The translations under genes and the position numbers were made by a program. This document shows positions 47,810 through 61,210 of a stretch of DNA of 64,000 bases, piece by piece (positions within the stretch are counted from its first letter, which is position 1; each line of letters begins with the position of its first letter). This stretch comes from Felis catus (Eukaryota): NCBI RefSeq assembly GCF_018350175.1, contig NC_058368.1:103790001-103854000 (forward strand), read 5' to 3'. The notes under the pieces are model-generated. The model ran no database searches and was not told the DNA's origin. It was given only the letters and a program-made list of their open reading frames with translations.

Positions 47810-48033
47810 TTTTTTTTTTAATTTTTTTTCAACGTTTATTTATCTTTAGGACAGAGAGAGACAGAGCATGAACAGGAGAGGGGCAAAGAGAGAGGGAGAC
47901 ACAGAATCGGAAACAGGCTCCAGGCTCTGAGCCATCAGCCCAGAGCCCGACGCGGGGCTCGAACTCACGGACCGCGAGATCGTGACCTGGCTGAAGTCGG
48001 ACGCTTAACCGACTGTGCCACCCAGGCTCCCCT
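47810..48033 (-). mobile_element. Young felid SINE inserted in tail of neighbouring SINE
   Basis: Diagnostic cgtgacctggctgaag. Confidence 0.93.
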
Positions 48034-48035
48034 CT

Positions 48036-48250
48036 TTTTGTTTTTTTAACGTTTATTTATTTTTGAGACAGAGAGAGACAGAGCATGAATGGGGGAGGGT
48101 CAGAGAGAGAGGGAGACACAGAATCTGAAACAGGCTCCAGGCTCCGAGCTGTCAGCACAGAGCCCGACGCGGGGCTCGAACTCATGGACCGCGAGATCAT
48201 GACCTGAGCCGAAGTCAGACGCTTAACCGGCTGAGCCACCCAGGCGCCCC
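48036..48250 (-). mobile_element. Felid SINE
   Basis: Outer TSD cagaaagtca(a/t)ccttt 47761-47776/48251-48266 encloses both SINEs. Confidence 0.93.
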
Positions 48251-49719
48251 CAGAAAGTCATCCTTTCAGACATCATCAGGAAACTGACACTTGCTCTCAC
48301 TGGCTGAATCCCTGAGAATGAGGAACTGTATATTTCTCAGAGATGTGACGGTTCTGTATCAGAAAGAACACACTGCAAACCACTGACTGGTGTTGGGAGT
48401 CACAGAAAGTGACAAAGGAACAGACCTAGAGAGAAAAGGTTCAGGACTTCTGAACCTGGAGTCTCAATGAGTGATGAACGTTCCTAGACACCCCCAGGCA
48501 GTGCCTGTCTCAGAATTTCTGAAGACTAGAACAGCCATGCTATTGCAGTCGGTGATACCACATCTAAACCTAAAATAACATGTCTGACAAATGCCCCCGA
48601 AAATGAGAAAATAGCATTCGTTATGCACTTGAGACTCGGCTCTCAGATGAGATGAGCCTTTCCCGTAAGAGGGGACTGTCTGTCCTTCACACGTATTCTC
48701 TGGCCGAGGTGTGCGTGTGAGGTAACTTCAAGCAGAGATAATGATGGAAATCAGGGATGAAAGAATTATTAGGTCAGCAGGCCCGCTGCAATATTCAAGA
48801 GAAGTTAATTGGATCTTTAAAATGAAAAACGTAAAACAGGAAGAGTAGTTACTGCTCTGTGCTGAGCACTGACAGAGCAAAGTCAAGTGACATGCCCCAT
48901 CTTCGGGTTTAGAGGCAGAGAGGGAGTCCAGACCATTTTTCATCTTTGGGAGGAAAAGGCTCCCCGAATTTCCGGCACGGACGTCCTCTTTGTCCTTCAC
49001 CCACACCATGTCTGTGACCATACTCCAACACAGATGCTGACAAAGAGAAACACAAGAACCTTGGGGAGATCGTGCAAACAGCATAGCATGTGAAGGAATG
49101 GTGGGAAAGTATCATTTATTGGAGGCACCAAGAAACACTGCTTGAAGAGGCAAAAGTTACCAGGTAGTAGGAAGACCACTCTCTTCATAAGGGAAATAAA
49201 TAGAAATGTTGGATTAAATCCTTTATTGTGCCTTTTGCTCAAACCTGATAGCCATGTAGAATCGCCACAGAGAAATGCCCACACATCATGAATTATATAA
49301 ACACATCTGGAAGATTCTGGATGGATCATTCAAGTAACTTAAATGCTCTCGAGACTTACAAAATATGTTAAAATATTTGAGGATAAAATGAGGGAAAAGG
49401 GGTGAGTGAAAAATCTTGAAAGCATCCAGCTTCATGCATTGTCTTTATATCTTTGATAAAGGGACTAGTTTAGTATTTTATGTTATTCAACACATATTTG
49501 GTGATACAGCAATTTCCACACAACCGATGATGGGAACAGGAATAAGATATAAGAAGGAACACTAATTATTTTAGACTTATCAATGTCTATTCCCACTACA
49601 TATTGTTATGAACACATACACACATACGTGTGTGGGTATACATATATTCACATACACATACATATACATGTAATAGAAGATAATATTTATCACAGATGCC
49701 CTATAATTCAATCATTTCA

Positions 49720-49891
49720 AAAATCTTTAGGTGCACTAATTTACTTAACACCCATACCTCCCTAAGAAGGAGGTACTATCAGCCTCCATATTTGTACAGA
49801 CAAAGAAACCGAAACAAAAGAAGTTACTAACTTGGGCAACATTTCCTCCAGAGCCCATTTGGGAGACACAGACTCCAGAATCCATGTTCTT
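49720..49891 (-). mobile_element. MIR (interrupted by SINE)
   Basis: aggtactatcagcctccatatttgtacagacaaagaaaccga...gactccaga. Confidence 0.6.
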
Positions 49892-50122
49892 TTTTTTTTT
49901 TTTTTAATTTTTTTTTTCAACGTTTTTATTTATTTCTGGGACAGAGAGAGACAGAGCATGAACAGGGGAGGGGCAGAGAGAGAGGGAGACACAGAATCGG
50001 AAACAGGCTCCAGGCTCCGAGCCATCAGCCCAGAGCCTGACGCGGGGCTCGAACTCACGGACCGCGAGATCGTGACCTGGCTGAAGTCAGACGCTTAACC
50101 GACTGCGCCACCCAGGCGCCCC
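49892..50122 (-). mobile_element. Young felid SINE
   Basis: Perfect TSD agaatccatgttctt 49877-49891/50123-50137. Confidence 0.97.
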
Positions 50123-51349
50123 AGAATCCATGTTCTTAACCAACAGGAAAAATGACACAAACACAAGGCATAAAGAGCACGTGCACTAGGCATTCTCAGG
50201 TCTAAATCGGGCACCGAGTGGGCCTTCTGTTATCCACTGATCACACCAAAACTATTGCAATAAATGTTCAAATAAACAATTGCGGAAAAACTGTATGACA
50301 CTTAAGCTGGTTTGGAAAATCTGAAACAAGATAACCCACTGAGGTCTGAACATATTGTGTTAAATATTTTCTCTTCCTCTTGTCTTCAAAACTGTTTGGA
50401 GTTTTCATGAGCTGTAAAGACTCAAGGGAACAAGTCAAAGTATCCTTGCAGAAATTCTGAATACCACTAAAACTAGCTGTCAACCATAAATCAGTATCTA
50501 GCTATTTCCAACCTATTTATAAAAGCGTAGCTGTGAAATACATCTAAAATACAAATCTGAGCACATTTATCTGAAGATGGTACTTTTAGCAACAACTTTT
50601 TCAAACAAACCAATGCTGACTGTCTAAAGCAAAATAATTGCATTGTGTCAAAATGTTGGGGGAGGACTATTTAAGTCACCCGTGAAGCTGGTATGATAAA
50701 TAGTGGAATTTCTCCGGATGGCAGCTTCATTCCAGCCACCCGAGGCCTTAACGCTAGCACCAGCCCGGATCTGATGTTTATTGAAAGAAAAAGAAACGTG
50801 TCAGAACCAGACAACGTTTCTGGATTTCCAGGGAATATTCTCAGAGGTACTAACATTTCATGCTCAGGATGAATTCAGGACTTGGTGATCCACTCTAGCA
50901 TATGTTCTATATCATATTCTGAATCAATTTTCTTTTCAGAGGTATTAGTCTATTGTCCTGGAAATGAGACAAATGCCACATGTTTCCAATGCCCCTCCTA
51001 TGTTCGCTCTCAACAACTGCACACATTAGCTTTATTCAACAAAATCAACCACAAAAAATCAATACAAAAAGAATTTTCAGCCTCTTTGAAGCTCAAGATT
51101 TATAGAAAAGTAGATGCATGCCAGAACCATATGAGGTTCTGAGCAATCACAGATGTCGCTTATTGGTATTGTTTCATTCAACAACGATTTTTTGATCACT
51201 GGTTCATTGTCATATATGTTCAGCTGGGAAGCTCTGGGCATTTTGTTTAATTATAGCTGACAACCTGTTACACATACAAAAGTCTGATCTCCATTACAAC
51301 CCGTAGCTTTTACATAGAAACTTAGGATAATCTAAAATAAGAGATCTCT

Positions 51350-51570
51350 GGGGCACCTGCGTGGCTCAGTCGGTTAAGCGGCTGACTTCGGCTCAGGTCA
51401 TGATCTCTCAGTTCATGAGTTCGAGCCCCACGTCAGGCTCTGTGCTGACAGCTCAGAGCCTGGAGCCTGTTTCAGATTCTGTGTCTCCCTCTCTCTCTCT
51501 GACCCTCCCCCATTCATGTTCTGTCTCTCTCTGTCCCAAAAATAAATAAGCATTAAAAAAAAAACAAATT
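51350..51570 (+). mobile_element. Felid SINE
   Basis: TSD taaaataagagatctct. Confidence 0.96.
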
Positions 51571-52436
51571 TAAAATAAGAGATCTCTGAACTGCTTTTAA
51601 GTTGGGGCAGGGGGGAGCCATATTATTTTCTAATTTCTAAGTGCACAGAAATTCTCTGATTTGTCTACCAACAAGAAAACATAGCATTTAAAAACAACAG
51701 CATTGCAAGTTCTGCTCATTTAAGTCAAAGTCTAGGTTTCAAATATTTTACATATATATAGATATATATGTATATGTGTACGCACATATATAATAATAAA
51801 TATAAGTGGACACCAGTCTTCTTTTAAAAGGTAGTTCAACATCCACATAGATTGGTAAAGACAACTACTAATTTTTGCCATCACGCTATATTCCAAAGGC
51901 AAAAAAAAAAAAAGCCATCATTTTCTGCTATAAGCAAAACCAAAGAAAGGTCAAAGGCTACTAGTGAACACAACTTCATTCCATGAGTTATCGATTTATG
52001 TTACCATGGTTTTTCAAAATGCACTTTGTAGGAAGGAGGTAAAGTATAATTTATAAGCTTTTGGGTACTCTCTGAATTTATGCACACTGTGTGCAGTAGA
52101 AGTCCAGAGGGGTCGGCACAAACCTGTCTGTAATTGATACTGTCAGCTTCGGTCTACTGAGTCATTCTATCCAGGGTACCCGGTGATTTGTGTATTGGAT
52201 GTAATCTTAATAACAACCTTTCCTCATCAAGAAACTAGGTCAAAGAATTTTATACACTTGCCCTAGAACCATGTGACGGCACATGAAGAATGTGTGCTGG
52301 CCCCAAACTTACATTTTTCTGACTGTGAAGCTGAGCTCTTTCTTCTAAATCACGTTCCTCCCAAATGCTAATCAACGGCGCCCACCCTAATGCAAATCGC
52401 TCAGTACTGCTTACATCTTCATTTTTAAAAGCCACA

Positions 52437-52570
52437 ATAAGGTGTGATGAGGATGTTAACTAGACTTGTTGCAGTGATCGTTTCATCAGATATACAAATA
52501 TCAACTCATTAAGTTGTACACCTGGAAATGAATATAATGTTACATGTCAATTATATCTCATTTAAAAAGT
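52437..52570 (+). mobile_element. Old L1 (L1MC/MA-like) 3' terminus
   Basis: gatgttaactagactt...gttgtacacctggaa...tgtcaattatatctca. Confidence 0.65.
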
Positions 52571-52645
52571 GATAAAACTATATAACAAGTAATGTCAAAC
52601 TCATGGCAAAAAATGACAAAGTTAATTTAAAAATGAGTAACTTCA

Positions 52646-52857
52646 GGGGCGCCTGGGTAGCTCAGTTCATTAAGCGTACGACTCTTGCTTTCAGCTCAGG
52701 TCATGATCTCACAATTTGTGAATTTGAGCCCTGAGTGGTGCTCTGTGCTGACAGCATGGAGCCTGCTGGGGATTCTCTCTCCCCCACTCTCTCTCTGCCC
52801 CTCCCCTGCTCATGCTTTCTCTCTCCAAATAAGTAAATAAACATTAAATAAGTAAAT
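52646..52857 (+). mobile_element. Can-SINE
   Basis: Head, core, tail. Confidence 0.9.
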
Positions 52858-54293
52858 AACTTAAAAGAACTGAGGAACAGAAACCGAAGTCTTAGGCTAA
52901 GGGTTCCCCTTTACCACTGTAACCACCTACCATATTAAAGTTAAAACCATGCTAGTATAAATCTCTTTTATTTTGGATTCCTTTCTCTTACTTTAATGGG
53001 AATTTCCAGGAAGAGAAGTGTATGAAAGAGAGGTGATATATTTTCTAACACTGATACAAGTTCCCCTCTGTTAATATAATCAGCATACCAATCACTTGAC
53101 TCCCTTCAATGATTTATTTTGAAAATGCATGGACCTCGGAAGGCAGAAAAATACATTTAGGAGATCTATGCGGCAATGTTTAGAGAGGCGCGGGTCTATA
53201 GATCTATACATAAGGTAATTTTATAAAGTACAATATAAAATTTGAAATTTTAATAATGGAAAGTTATTAATACTAATGTTCATTTTATTCCATATCTGCC
53301 CTCAGAAAATGTGAGTTATTGATCCTTTTGTATAAAATATATACATGGTTTCTATTTTATGTTATGAAATTTCGCCCTAACTTAGGACAATTTCATTATT
53401 TTGCATTGTACTTTCTTTCTGCATGATTTTATTTCAAACGGGTAACGGTTCAGCCTTGATGTCTTTTTCAGAAAACGTACTGGCAGATCTCAACGAACCA
53501 CCTGGCTACTTTCTATCACACCTCCCCCCTTCAGATTTTTTTTTTTATGGGACCTATATAAGCCTGACCCCTCATCAAAACCCCACACTTGGAAGAAATT
53601 TAGGATTTTTCTCAGAGAGGCAGTCCATACAGTGACTCAGCACCCAATGGAAAATGTTTTCAATGGCTTAGAAAACCCTAATGAACAACGCCATCGCTGA
53701 AGACAGCATGTGTGTCTGTCTCAATATTTGAACTGGAGAATGTTGAAAACGCCACAAAACTGGTTTGCTGGAGATGCTCACAGTTTGTTTTTGTGATGTA
53801 TTAAGTTACCAAATTTTAAAATTGTGGGAGGAATGCATAAACACCCCCAACAAACACCCAGGAGGATCTCATTCACAGAAAGAAAAGCAAAGGTCCCGTG
53901 TCACAGCTGTGATGTTAACCAGGAGGCAGGACCTCCTCTGAGGGAGATCCGTGGCAGAAGGGTTACAACTCAGAGGCATACTATTTAGGAGTGAACAAAA
54001 TGCACCATAAATGGAAAACCTTTATATTATTATGTTGTGGTGGGTTTCAGATGAATTTAAGTACTTTCTTTTTACCTTTTAAAATTGTAACATATTCCTA
54101 TAATATGTGCTAGGGGTTGACACTGGCTACGCAGACATTTGGGAGACTGCATTATACGAAGGGAGGCATTCAGATTCAGAGGCAGAAAAAATTTGTGTCT
54201 ATACCCTACACAGATATAACTCTAAGCCCATTAGGTAGGAAGACACAGACTTTATACAGGAATATTATACATATTTTATTAAGAAATATCCTA

Positions 54294-54517
54294 GGGGCAC
54301 CTGGGTGGCTCAGTTGGTTGAGCGTCTGACTTCAGCTCAGGTCGTGATCTCAAGTTTCATGGGTTCGAGCCCCGAGTCAGGCTCTATGCTCACAGCTCAG
54401 AGCCTGGAGCCTGCCTCAGATTCTGCATCTCCCTCTCTCTCTCTGCCCTCCCCCGTTCACACTCTCCCTGTCTGTCTCTCTCTCTCAAAAATAAATAAAC
54501 GTTAAAAAAATGATAAA
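54294..54517 (+). mobile_element. Felid SINE
   Basis: TSD aagaaatatcc. Confidence 0.94.
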
Positions 54518-54648
54518 AAGAAATATCCGAAAAAATTAAGTAAAGCTAGTTTATACTTTTCTGATTGCTTTCTTTTCTACATGCACTTAGGAAATCTCAT
54601 TTGAACATGGGCTTTGAACAGTGAGTTCAGGCCATATAAGAAGGTAGA

Positions 54649-54870
54649 GGGGCGCCTGGGTGGCTCAGTCGGTTAAGCATCTGACTTTGGCTCAGGTCAC
54701 AGTCTCACGGCTCATGAGTTTGAGCCCCACATCTGGCTCTGTGCTGACAGCTCAGAGTCTGGAGCCTGCTTCAGATTCTGTGTCTCCCTCTCTCTCTGTC
54801 CCTCCCCCACTCATGCTCTGTCTCTCTCTACCTCTCAAAAATGAATAAATGTTAAAAAAAATTTTTTTAA
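54649..54870 (+). mobile_element. Felid SINE
   Basis: Head, core, tail. Confidence 0.93.
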
Positions 54871-55005
54871 AGACAGAATAATAGCCACTCTAAATAACTA
54901 AATGTATACAGTTATAACAATAATTTTTTTAAAAAACCTGCACCACATGCCATGAACTGTTTTAATCACTTTATGTTTATTTAATACTCACACCATCCCT
55001 GAAGG

Positions 55006-55230
<225 letters not shown>

Positions 55231-55231
55231 C

Positions 55232-55415
55232 TTTTCTTGAGAGAGAGAGAGAGAGAGCATGAGTGGGAGAGAGGGGCAGAGGGAGAGAATCCCAGGCACG
55301 CTCCATGTTCTTCACAGAGGGTGATGTAGGGCTCAAACCCATGAACCATGAGATCATGACCTGAGCCTAAATCAAGCGTTGGGATGGTTAACCGACTGAC
55401 ACTTAACCTTCTAAG
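55232..55415 (-). mobile_element. Can-SINE
   Basis: (GA)n, gagatcatgacctgagcc; degenerate head. Confidence 0.85.
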
Positions 55416-55654
55416 CACAAGACTCAGGGTACCACACAGGTCGCTTTCCCACGAAACCAGCTCTGTTTCTCCTTAACACACATTCCTACAAACACACACA
55501 AAGCCTGTTGGGCTTTCATTCTGGGACCACAAGTACCACAAGCAATGTGCCAACACATCATTATTCAGAAGTTGAAGATCCAATGTAACTCTCTGAACTA
55601 ATATTTTCAAACTGAGCCCTTAAAGATAACATGGTGTTTTTAAAGGGCCCCTAG

Positions 55655-55843
55655 TGTTTTTTGTCCCTAGTGTGTTTTGAGAGAGAGAGAGAGAGGAAGC
55701 AGGGGAGGGGCAGACACAGAACCCGAAGCAGGTTCCAAGCTGTTGTTAGCACAGAGCCTGACACAGGCCTTGAACTCATGAACCATGAGATTGTGACCTG
55801 AGCCAAAGGGTACCTTAACCAACTGAGCCCCTCCAAAGGCCCC
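55655..55843 (-). mobile_element. Can-SINE
   Basis: (GA)n, cacagagcctgac, ccaactgagccc. Confidence 0.85.
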
Positions 55844-56564
55844 TGATACAACTTTAAACATAGCTAATTCACAAGCATGCCTTTTGTTTGCTTGTGTTTT
55901 CAAACTGAAACACAACTGTAACAAAAGGTATCAATGCAAGGTGTCCATTAATTTTCTTCCCTTCCTAAATTTAAAAAAAAAAAAAAGCCACAGCTTGCCC
56001 TTCAACAGTTTAGTCTTCTTTGTATGTTTCAAAGGCTCCCACCAGTTGAAGCGAATGATCATTTGCACCATCTGTGCAAGGGCAAGAAATGCATTATTAT
56101 CCAAGCCAGGGCTAAGGATGTTCTAGAAAGAAAGCCGCCAACTCCAACTCGTCAGAGAAAGGTTATGCAGAAAAGCTCCTGCCAGAAAACTCACTGTTCC
56201 CTTTTCTTCCTCTCTCTCTCTCTCTCTCTCTCATTTGAAATTCATGAAGATGAAGGGGAGCTTTTGTTTCCCATCAATGAGATGAGCCTTAATACACTCT
56301 TGCCAAAAGCAAGCTAACACAGAGTAATTGTTTTTCATCTAAATTGCATGTCCAAACTGCTTAGTCTTCAAAGAACATAGATGCTACCGCTTTGATACCC
56401 AACTGCAAAATGACAAAGGAGAGGGCACAAGGCACATAGGCAGGATGAGAATTTTTAATCACCCCCTATCTATCTCCAAGCCCTGGAACTCTGGGGCAGA
56501 GAGGAGAAAAGAGAGGAGATTATTCATAAGGTAGATAAGGTTCCATATTTCATTCGAGACCAAC

Positions 56565-56596
<32 letters not shown>

Positions 56597-58187
56597 GGAG
56601 GAAAAAGTGATTTAGAAGGAATTAAGATTCCCCAAGGTGTTTTTAATCTCTTTTCACTCCAGGGCCAGGTGCCTCATGTAGCACTTAAAAGAGTTTCAAA
56701 AATGAAAGTAAATGCCTAGAACACAGAAAAGAGAACTCCATCTACACAAAGCATCTGCCTTTGTTTAAGAAAAAAGTAGTTTCAGCTTTATGAACTTCAC
56801 ATCCAGACATTTTATAATTTTGATGCTTTAGTTCTTAGAGGATTTTGCTCTGTATAAACTACAGTCAATACATAAAAAGAGGCAAAAATCATCCATTTCT
56901 ACTACCTATATTTTATATAGTATATATTGATATACCAAACCTCCTTTCACGTCAACGAGTGAGGTCTCATTTAATTGCATGGAACTGTAGAGTGTTTGCA
57001 AGGAGGTCTATGTGATGTGAATAAAAACCACCCAAAGAGACGGGACGCTCAAATCTGCTACCATTACACCTTTTTTAGCAGGTAGAGATGCCGTCAAAAA
57101 GCTGGGTGGGTTTTGTCATTGATCCCTGAGTTCCACTGTGTAAAACCAGGTGCTGAGACCAAAGATTTGATTCTGTTTATTGTGTTTGTTCCAGTTAATT
57201 TGATTCTTCTTGCCTGGTTTAAACTTCTATTTTCTAATTACGTGCCTGAGCTCCATCAGGACGAGTGTCGCTATGCCTTTGTGTGCACTTAGACAATTGT
57301 GCACACAAACTAATCTGCGTCTGTGGGCTGTCGGTAAATAGCGGTACTGTCCTATATCCTGTAAACGTTGCAAGTTTTTTACCCTAGACAGCCAGGAATA
57401 AAAAGTATCACCCCACACACTGCCAAACAAGAAGCGGGGTACTAGCAAGTGCATTAGGCGGAGGAACGCAGAGCAGGGTGGGAAAGCGTGTGGTCAAAGA
57501 TGTGTTAGTGTCAGCTCCACGGTTAAACGTGCTGTGCAACTGAAGCCACATGGCCTACACCCTCTGAGTTTTGATGTCACCTGCAAACCGAGAGCCCTGG
57601 GCCATCTCCAAAGTTACTTTTCCAAGACTAAAGGTCTGCAATTTCAGTCTCAGAGCTTTCCTCTCTTATTAGAGAATCAACTTCAGTTTGGGAATAGAAA
57701 GGACTTTTTTTTTTCAGTGCAGGTTTTGGGGGGAAAAAGCAACTTTACTGACTGTGGCTTTTACGTGAAGGAAATAGCCTACAATTACTAAGACGTTATT
57801 ACACACTAGAAAGCAGTGACATTAGGCAAGCGCTTTGAAAATAAAATGTCGGTTTACAATGCTTACGCTATAGGTCTGTGTTTGTCTAGACACAAACAGG
57901 AGAGAGAGATGTCAGATACAAATGTTTACTAGAGACCCACCACCTGGCCTTTTATAACACAAGTAGAAACGCTGTAAGACACTTCTGTAGAACTATGTTA
58001 AAATCTAGAAGTTGGATACCACACCCATCAAGGTCCAGGTTATTTCTTGAATACCCAATTCAGCTTATGTATTAGCCAGGAAGTTGACACTCTTGGTTGT
58101 GGTTTTCAAAAAAAAAAAAAAAAAAAAACCAAAAAACAAAAAACAAAACAAACAAAAAGACAACTTAAGAAAATGAGGGCATTTACT

Positions 58188-58403
58188 GGGGCCCCTGGGT
58201 GGCTCAGTCAGTTGAGCATCCAATTTTGGCTCAGGTCACGAACTCACTGTTCACGGGTTTAAGCCCCGCATGGGGCTCTGTGCTGACAGCTCGGAGCCTG
58301 GAACCTGCTTCCAATTCTGTGTCTCCCTCTCTCTCTGTTCCTCCCCTGCTCTCTCTCTCTCTCTCAAAAATAAATAAAGATTTTTAAAAATTAAAAAAAA
58401 AAA
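58188..58403 (+). mobile_element. Felid SINE
   Basis: Head, core, tail. Confidence 0.92.
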
Positions 58404-58409
58404 GAAGGG

Positions 58410-58606
58410 AATTTATTGATTTTATGTAACCTAAATTTTGAGAGGTATCACTAGCTTCAGGCATGACTGGACCCAGATGCTTGATGTCACCACGGTCTGG
58501 TCTCTCTCTCTCCATTTCTTGGCTCTGTCTCCCAGAATGCTTCCTGCATTCTTAGGCAGGCTTTTTGTATAAGGTAGCAAACATGGCCCCCAGCACCTCT
58601 AACCTT
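58410..58606. mobile_element. Old MaLR LTR fragment (MLT1J/K-like)
   Basis: gcttcaggcatgactggacccag...cattcttaggcaggct...aacatggcccccagca. Confidence 0.5.
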
Positions 58607-58782
58607 AAATGAAGGTTAGGCAGGAAAAGAACATATATCAGCTTCATATCACAATCTCAGTATTACAGTTTGTTCTTCTATATTTATGTTAAATTAGAAT
58701 AAGTCAAGCCAGTTGGTACTGTGTATTGTTTACACACCCAAACGGAAAAGTTCCAAAGAAGGCAGTACCACTATGGCCTTCC

Positions 58783-59003
58783 TTTTTTTTTTTTTTTTTT
58801 AACGTTTATTTATTTTTGAGACAGAGAGAGACAGAGCATGCAAGGGGGAGGGTCAGGGAGAGAGGAAGACACAGAATCCAAAGCAGGCTCCAGGCTCCGA
58901 GCTGTCAGCACAGAGCCTGATGTGGGGCTCGAACTCACGGACCATGAAATCATGACCTGAGCCAAAGTCAGACGCTTAACCGACTGAGCCACCCAGGCGC
59001 CCC
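58783..59003 (-). mobile_element. Felid SINE
   Basis: Flanked by cactatgg. Confidence 0.94.
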
Positions 59004-60736
59004 CACTATGGTCGTTCTTTAGGGATAGTATCTCCACTTGATCTCTGCTAAAATGAACGATTTCATTTTTCACCGAGCTCTCTTTGGCCTGATGCCATGG
59101 TGTCTTTAATGAACGTAGTCACAAAATTCCTTTACTTTGCCCCAGTTCACAGAAAGACAAATACTATGTACTAGAGGTCAATAAGTACAATGAAAAGAGA
59201 AATCTGGAAGATAAGGATTCTGGCTCTAATGCTGGCGGTTTGAAAAGTCCTTTAGACCCCCAGTTTGGTGAGCCATAAAACAAGAGTGCTGAATAAAGCG
59301 ATGCTAAGGCTTGTTTTAGGTCCTGCAATGTTATAAATCCATGCCATTCTGACCTTGCTGTTACAATGTTGCGGGTTTTGTTTTTTGCTTTCTTGATGTT
59401 TTTCCTGAACAAGGGAAACCTGTGGTTCAGAACCCCAAGAAACAATGACCACTACATAGGTCAGAAAACTTCTACAAGAGAGGAAAGCATTTGGAAGTTT
59501 TGCAGGAAGTAAGTAGACAAGCCAAGGGGCGGGTTAAGCGGGACACTTCGGCTTCCACAGGAAAATTAGCAAGCAGGGAAAGTGGTGAACCGAGCCTCGT
59601 TACAAACTGAGTCCCCACATATTGATCTCCTGTCTGGCTGGGTCATGCGGTTGCTAGTACACATTAAGTAGGGAAAGGACTGAAAATTACATTAATTCAA
59701 ATGGCTAAATCAATATTTAACAATGCAGTTAGTGGTAGTTGACCTTAAATGCACCTATAATAAAACAAAGGTGATTCAGGCCAGCCTCCAGCATATGCCA
59801 TTCAGAAATATGAATTAATGCAGAACAGATACGTTAAAGAACCTTACTAACACAGACACCTATGCAGACCAGGCTGACTGCAAGAAGGTCGAAGCTGCTG
59901 TCTTAACAAACGCAACTTGAATTTTATTCACGTGATGCTGTGTCTTCATTTATCACCTCTCTCCCTTGTCTCAAGGCTTGGACAGCCTTTGGTCTCAGCA
60001 TATTTAAAAGTAGGAAAAGGATTTCTACAACTATCTCCCTGGAAAACTATAAATCTTTAGTGATAGCTTTGTAACCTTGAACACTCTCTTCATGAGCAAA
60101 CATAGATGTTACCAATTGTTACTCTAGGAGGCCTGTCTTACTGTAACATGATTTGCATACATTTACATGCAAACAGATCAGTTTGTACTCTACTGGTCTT
60201 AAGGATTCCTGAAGTAAATTGGCTTATATTAAAAAGGATGGGGAAAAGAAAAAAAGTATGGAAGGAACAGAGGCAATCTCTACAAGATGTCAGAGAACAA
60301 TCTCAGATGTTTATTAGCTATCAGGCTCACAGATGTAAGGCTTTTTAAAATTGCCTGGCTTAAAAAAAAAAGTGAAATAAAAAAGAAAAGTGCCTTGCTG
60401 CCTTCAAAAATACCTTAAGCTGTAGAGCATTATAGTTATCACTACTAAGGACTTGGTGACAACTCTAAGGAAAAGGTCAATCTAAACATCGTTTTCAATA
60501 GACCTTAAGGCAGCAGGAGGCTCCAGGGAACGCCCACAGAAGAACAAGAAAGTTTCCATGATTTTGCGGCCCAAAGGTGCCAATGCCAACGGTGCCATTT
60601 CCTCTGCACTCTGGTTTGGCTGCAAGGACAAATGTGTGATAATTAGAAATCTCCCCTGAGACATTTCCCTTTGATTTGTTGTTTGGTGATGACTCCAGTG
60701 CCTCTGCAGCCTGGCTTCTCCCAGGTTTGACTGCTG

Positions 60737-60750
60737 GTTACCATGGCAAT
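60737..60750. promoter_or_regulatory. RFX X-box-like motif
   Basis: GTTACCATGGCAAT vs palindromic consensus GTTRCCATGGYAAC (13/14), in repeat-free DNA. Confidence 0.35.
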
Positions 60751-61210
60751 GTGGCTCAGCACAGCCTAGGAGCTAAATCAGCATTCCGCCTCATGCAGGC
60801 TGCTGGCAGCAGAACTTTACTAAGAATTGGGCAGGAAGTTTCGAGGTTGAATGTAAAAGCAAATGCTGAGAATATGATCATACATTTGAAAGGGCGGAGG
60901 AACGTTCCACAGAACAAGATCACAATCTCTTTGTCCTCAAGAACAGAGAACAAATATCTGATCTCCCATAGACCTAGCCACAAGCCCTCTGGTGGGAGGG
61001 GGGGAAGAGGGTCCCAGTCCCCAGCTAATGTCAAGCTGCTTGTGACCCCAGGAAAGCCAAGCAACAGCTTAGCTCCTGGGGATTTCCTCTGCCCGGAGCA
61101 TCCCACATACAAACCACTAGGCACAGCCACCTGCTCACACCGCCTCTGTGTCCAAATACTCACTGAATTTAAGAATAACTGTAGGAAATTTATACTGAGG
61201 CGTGCATAAA

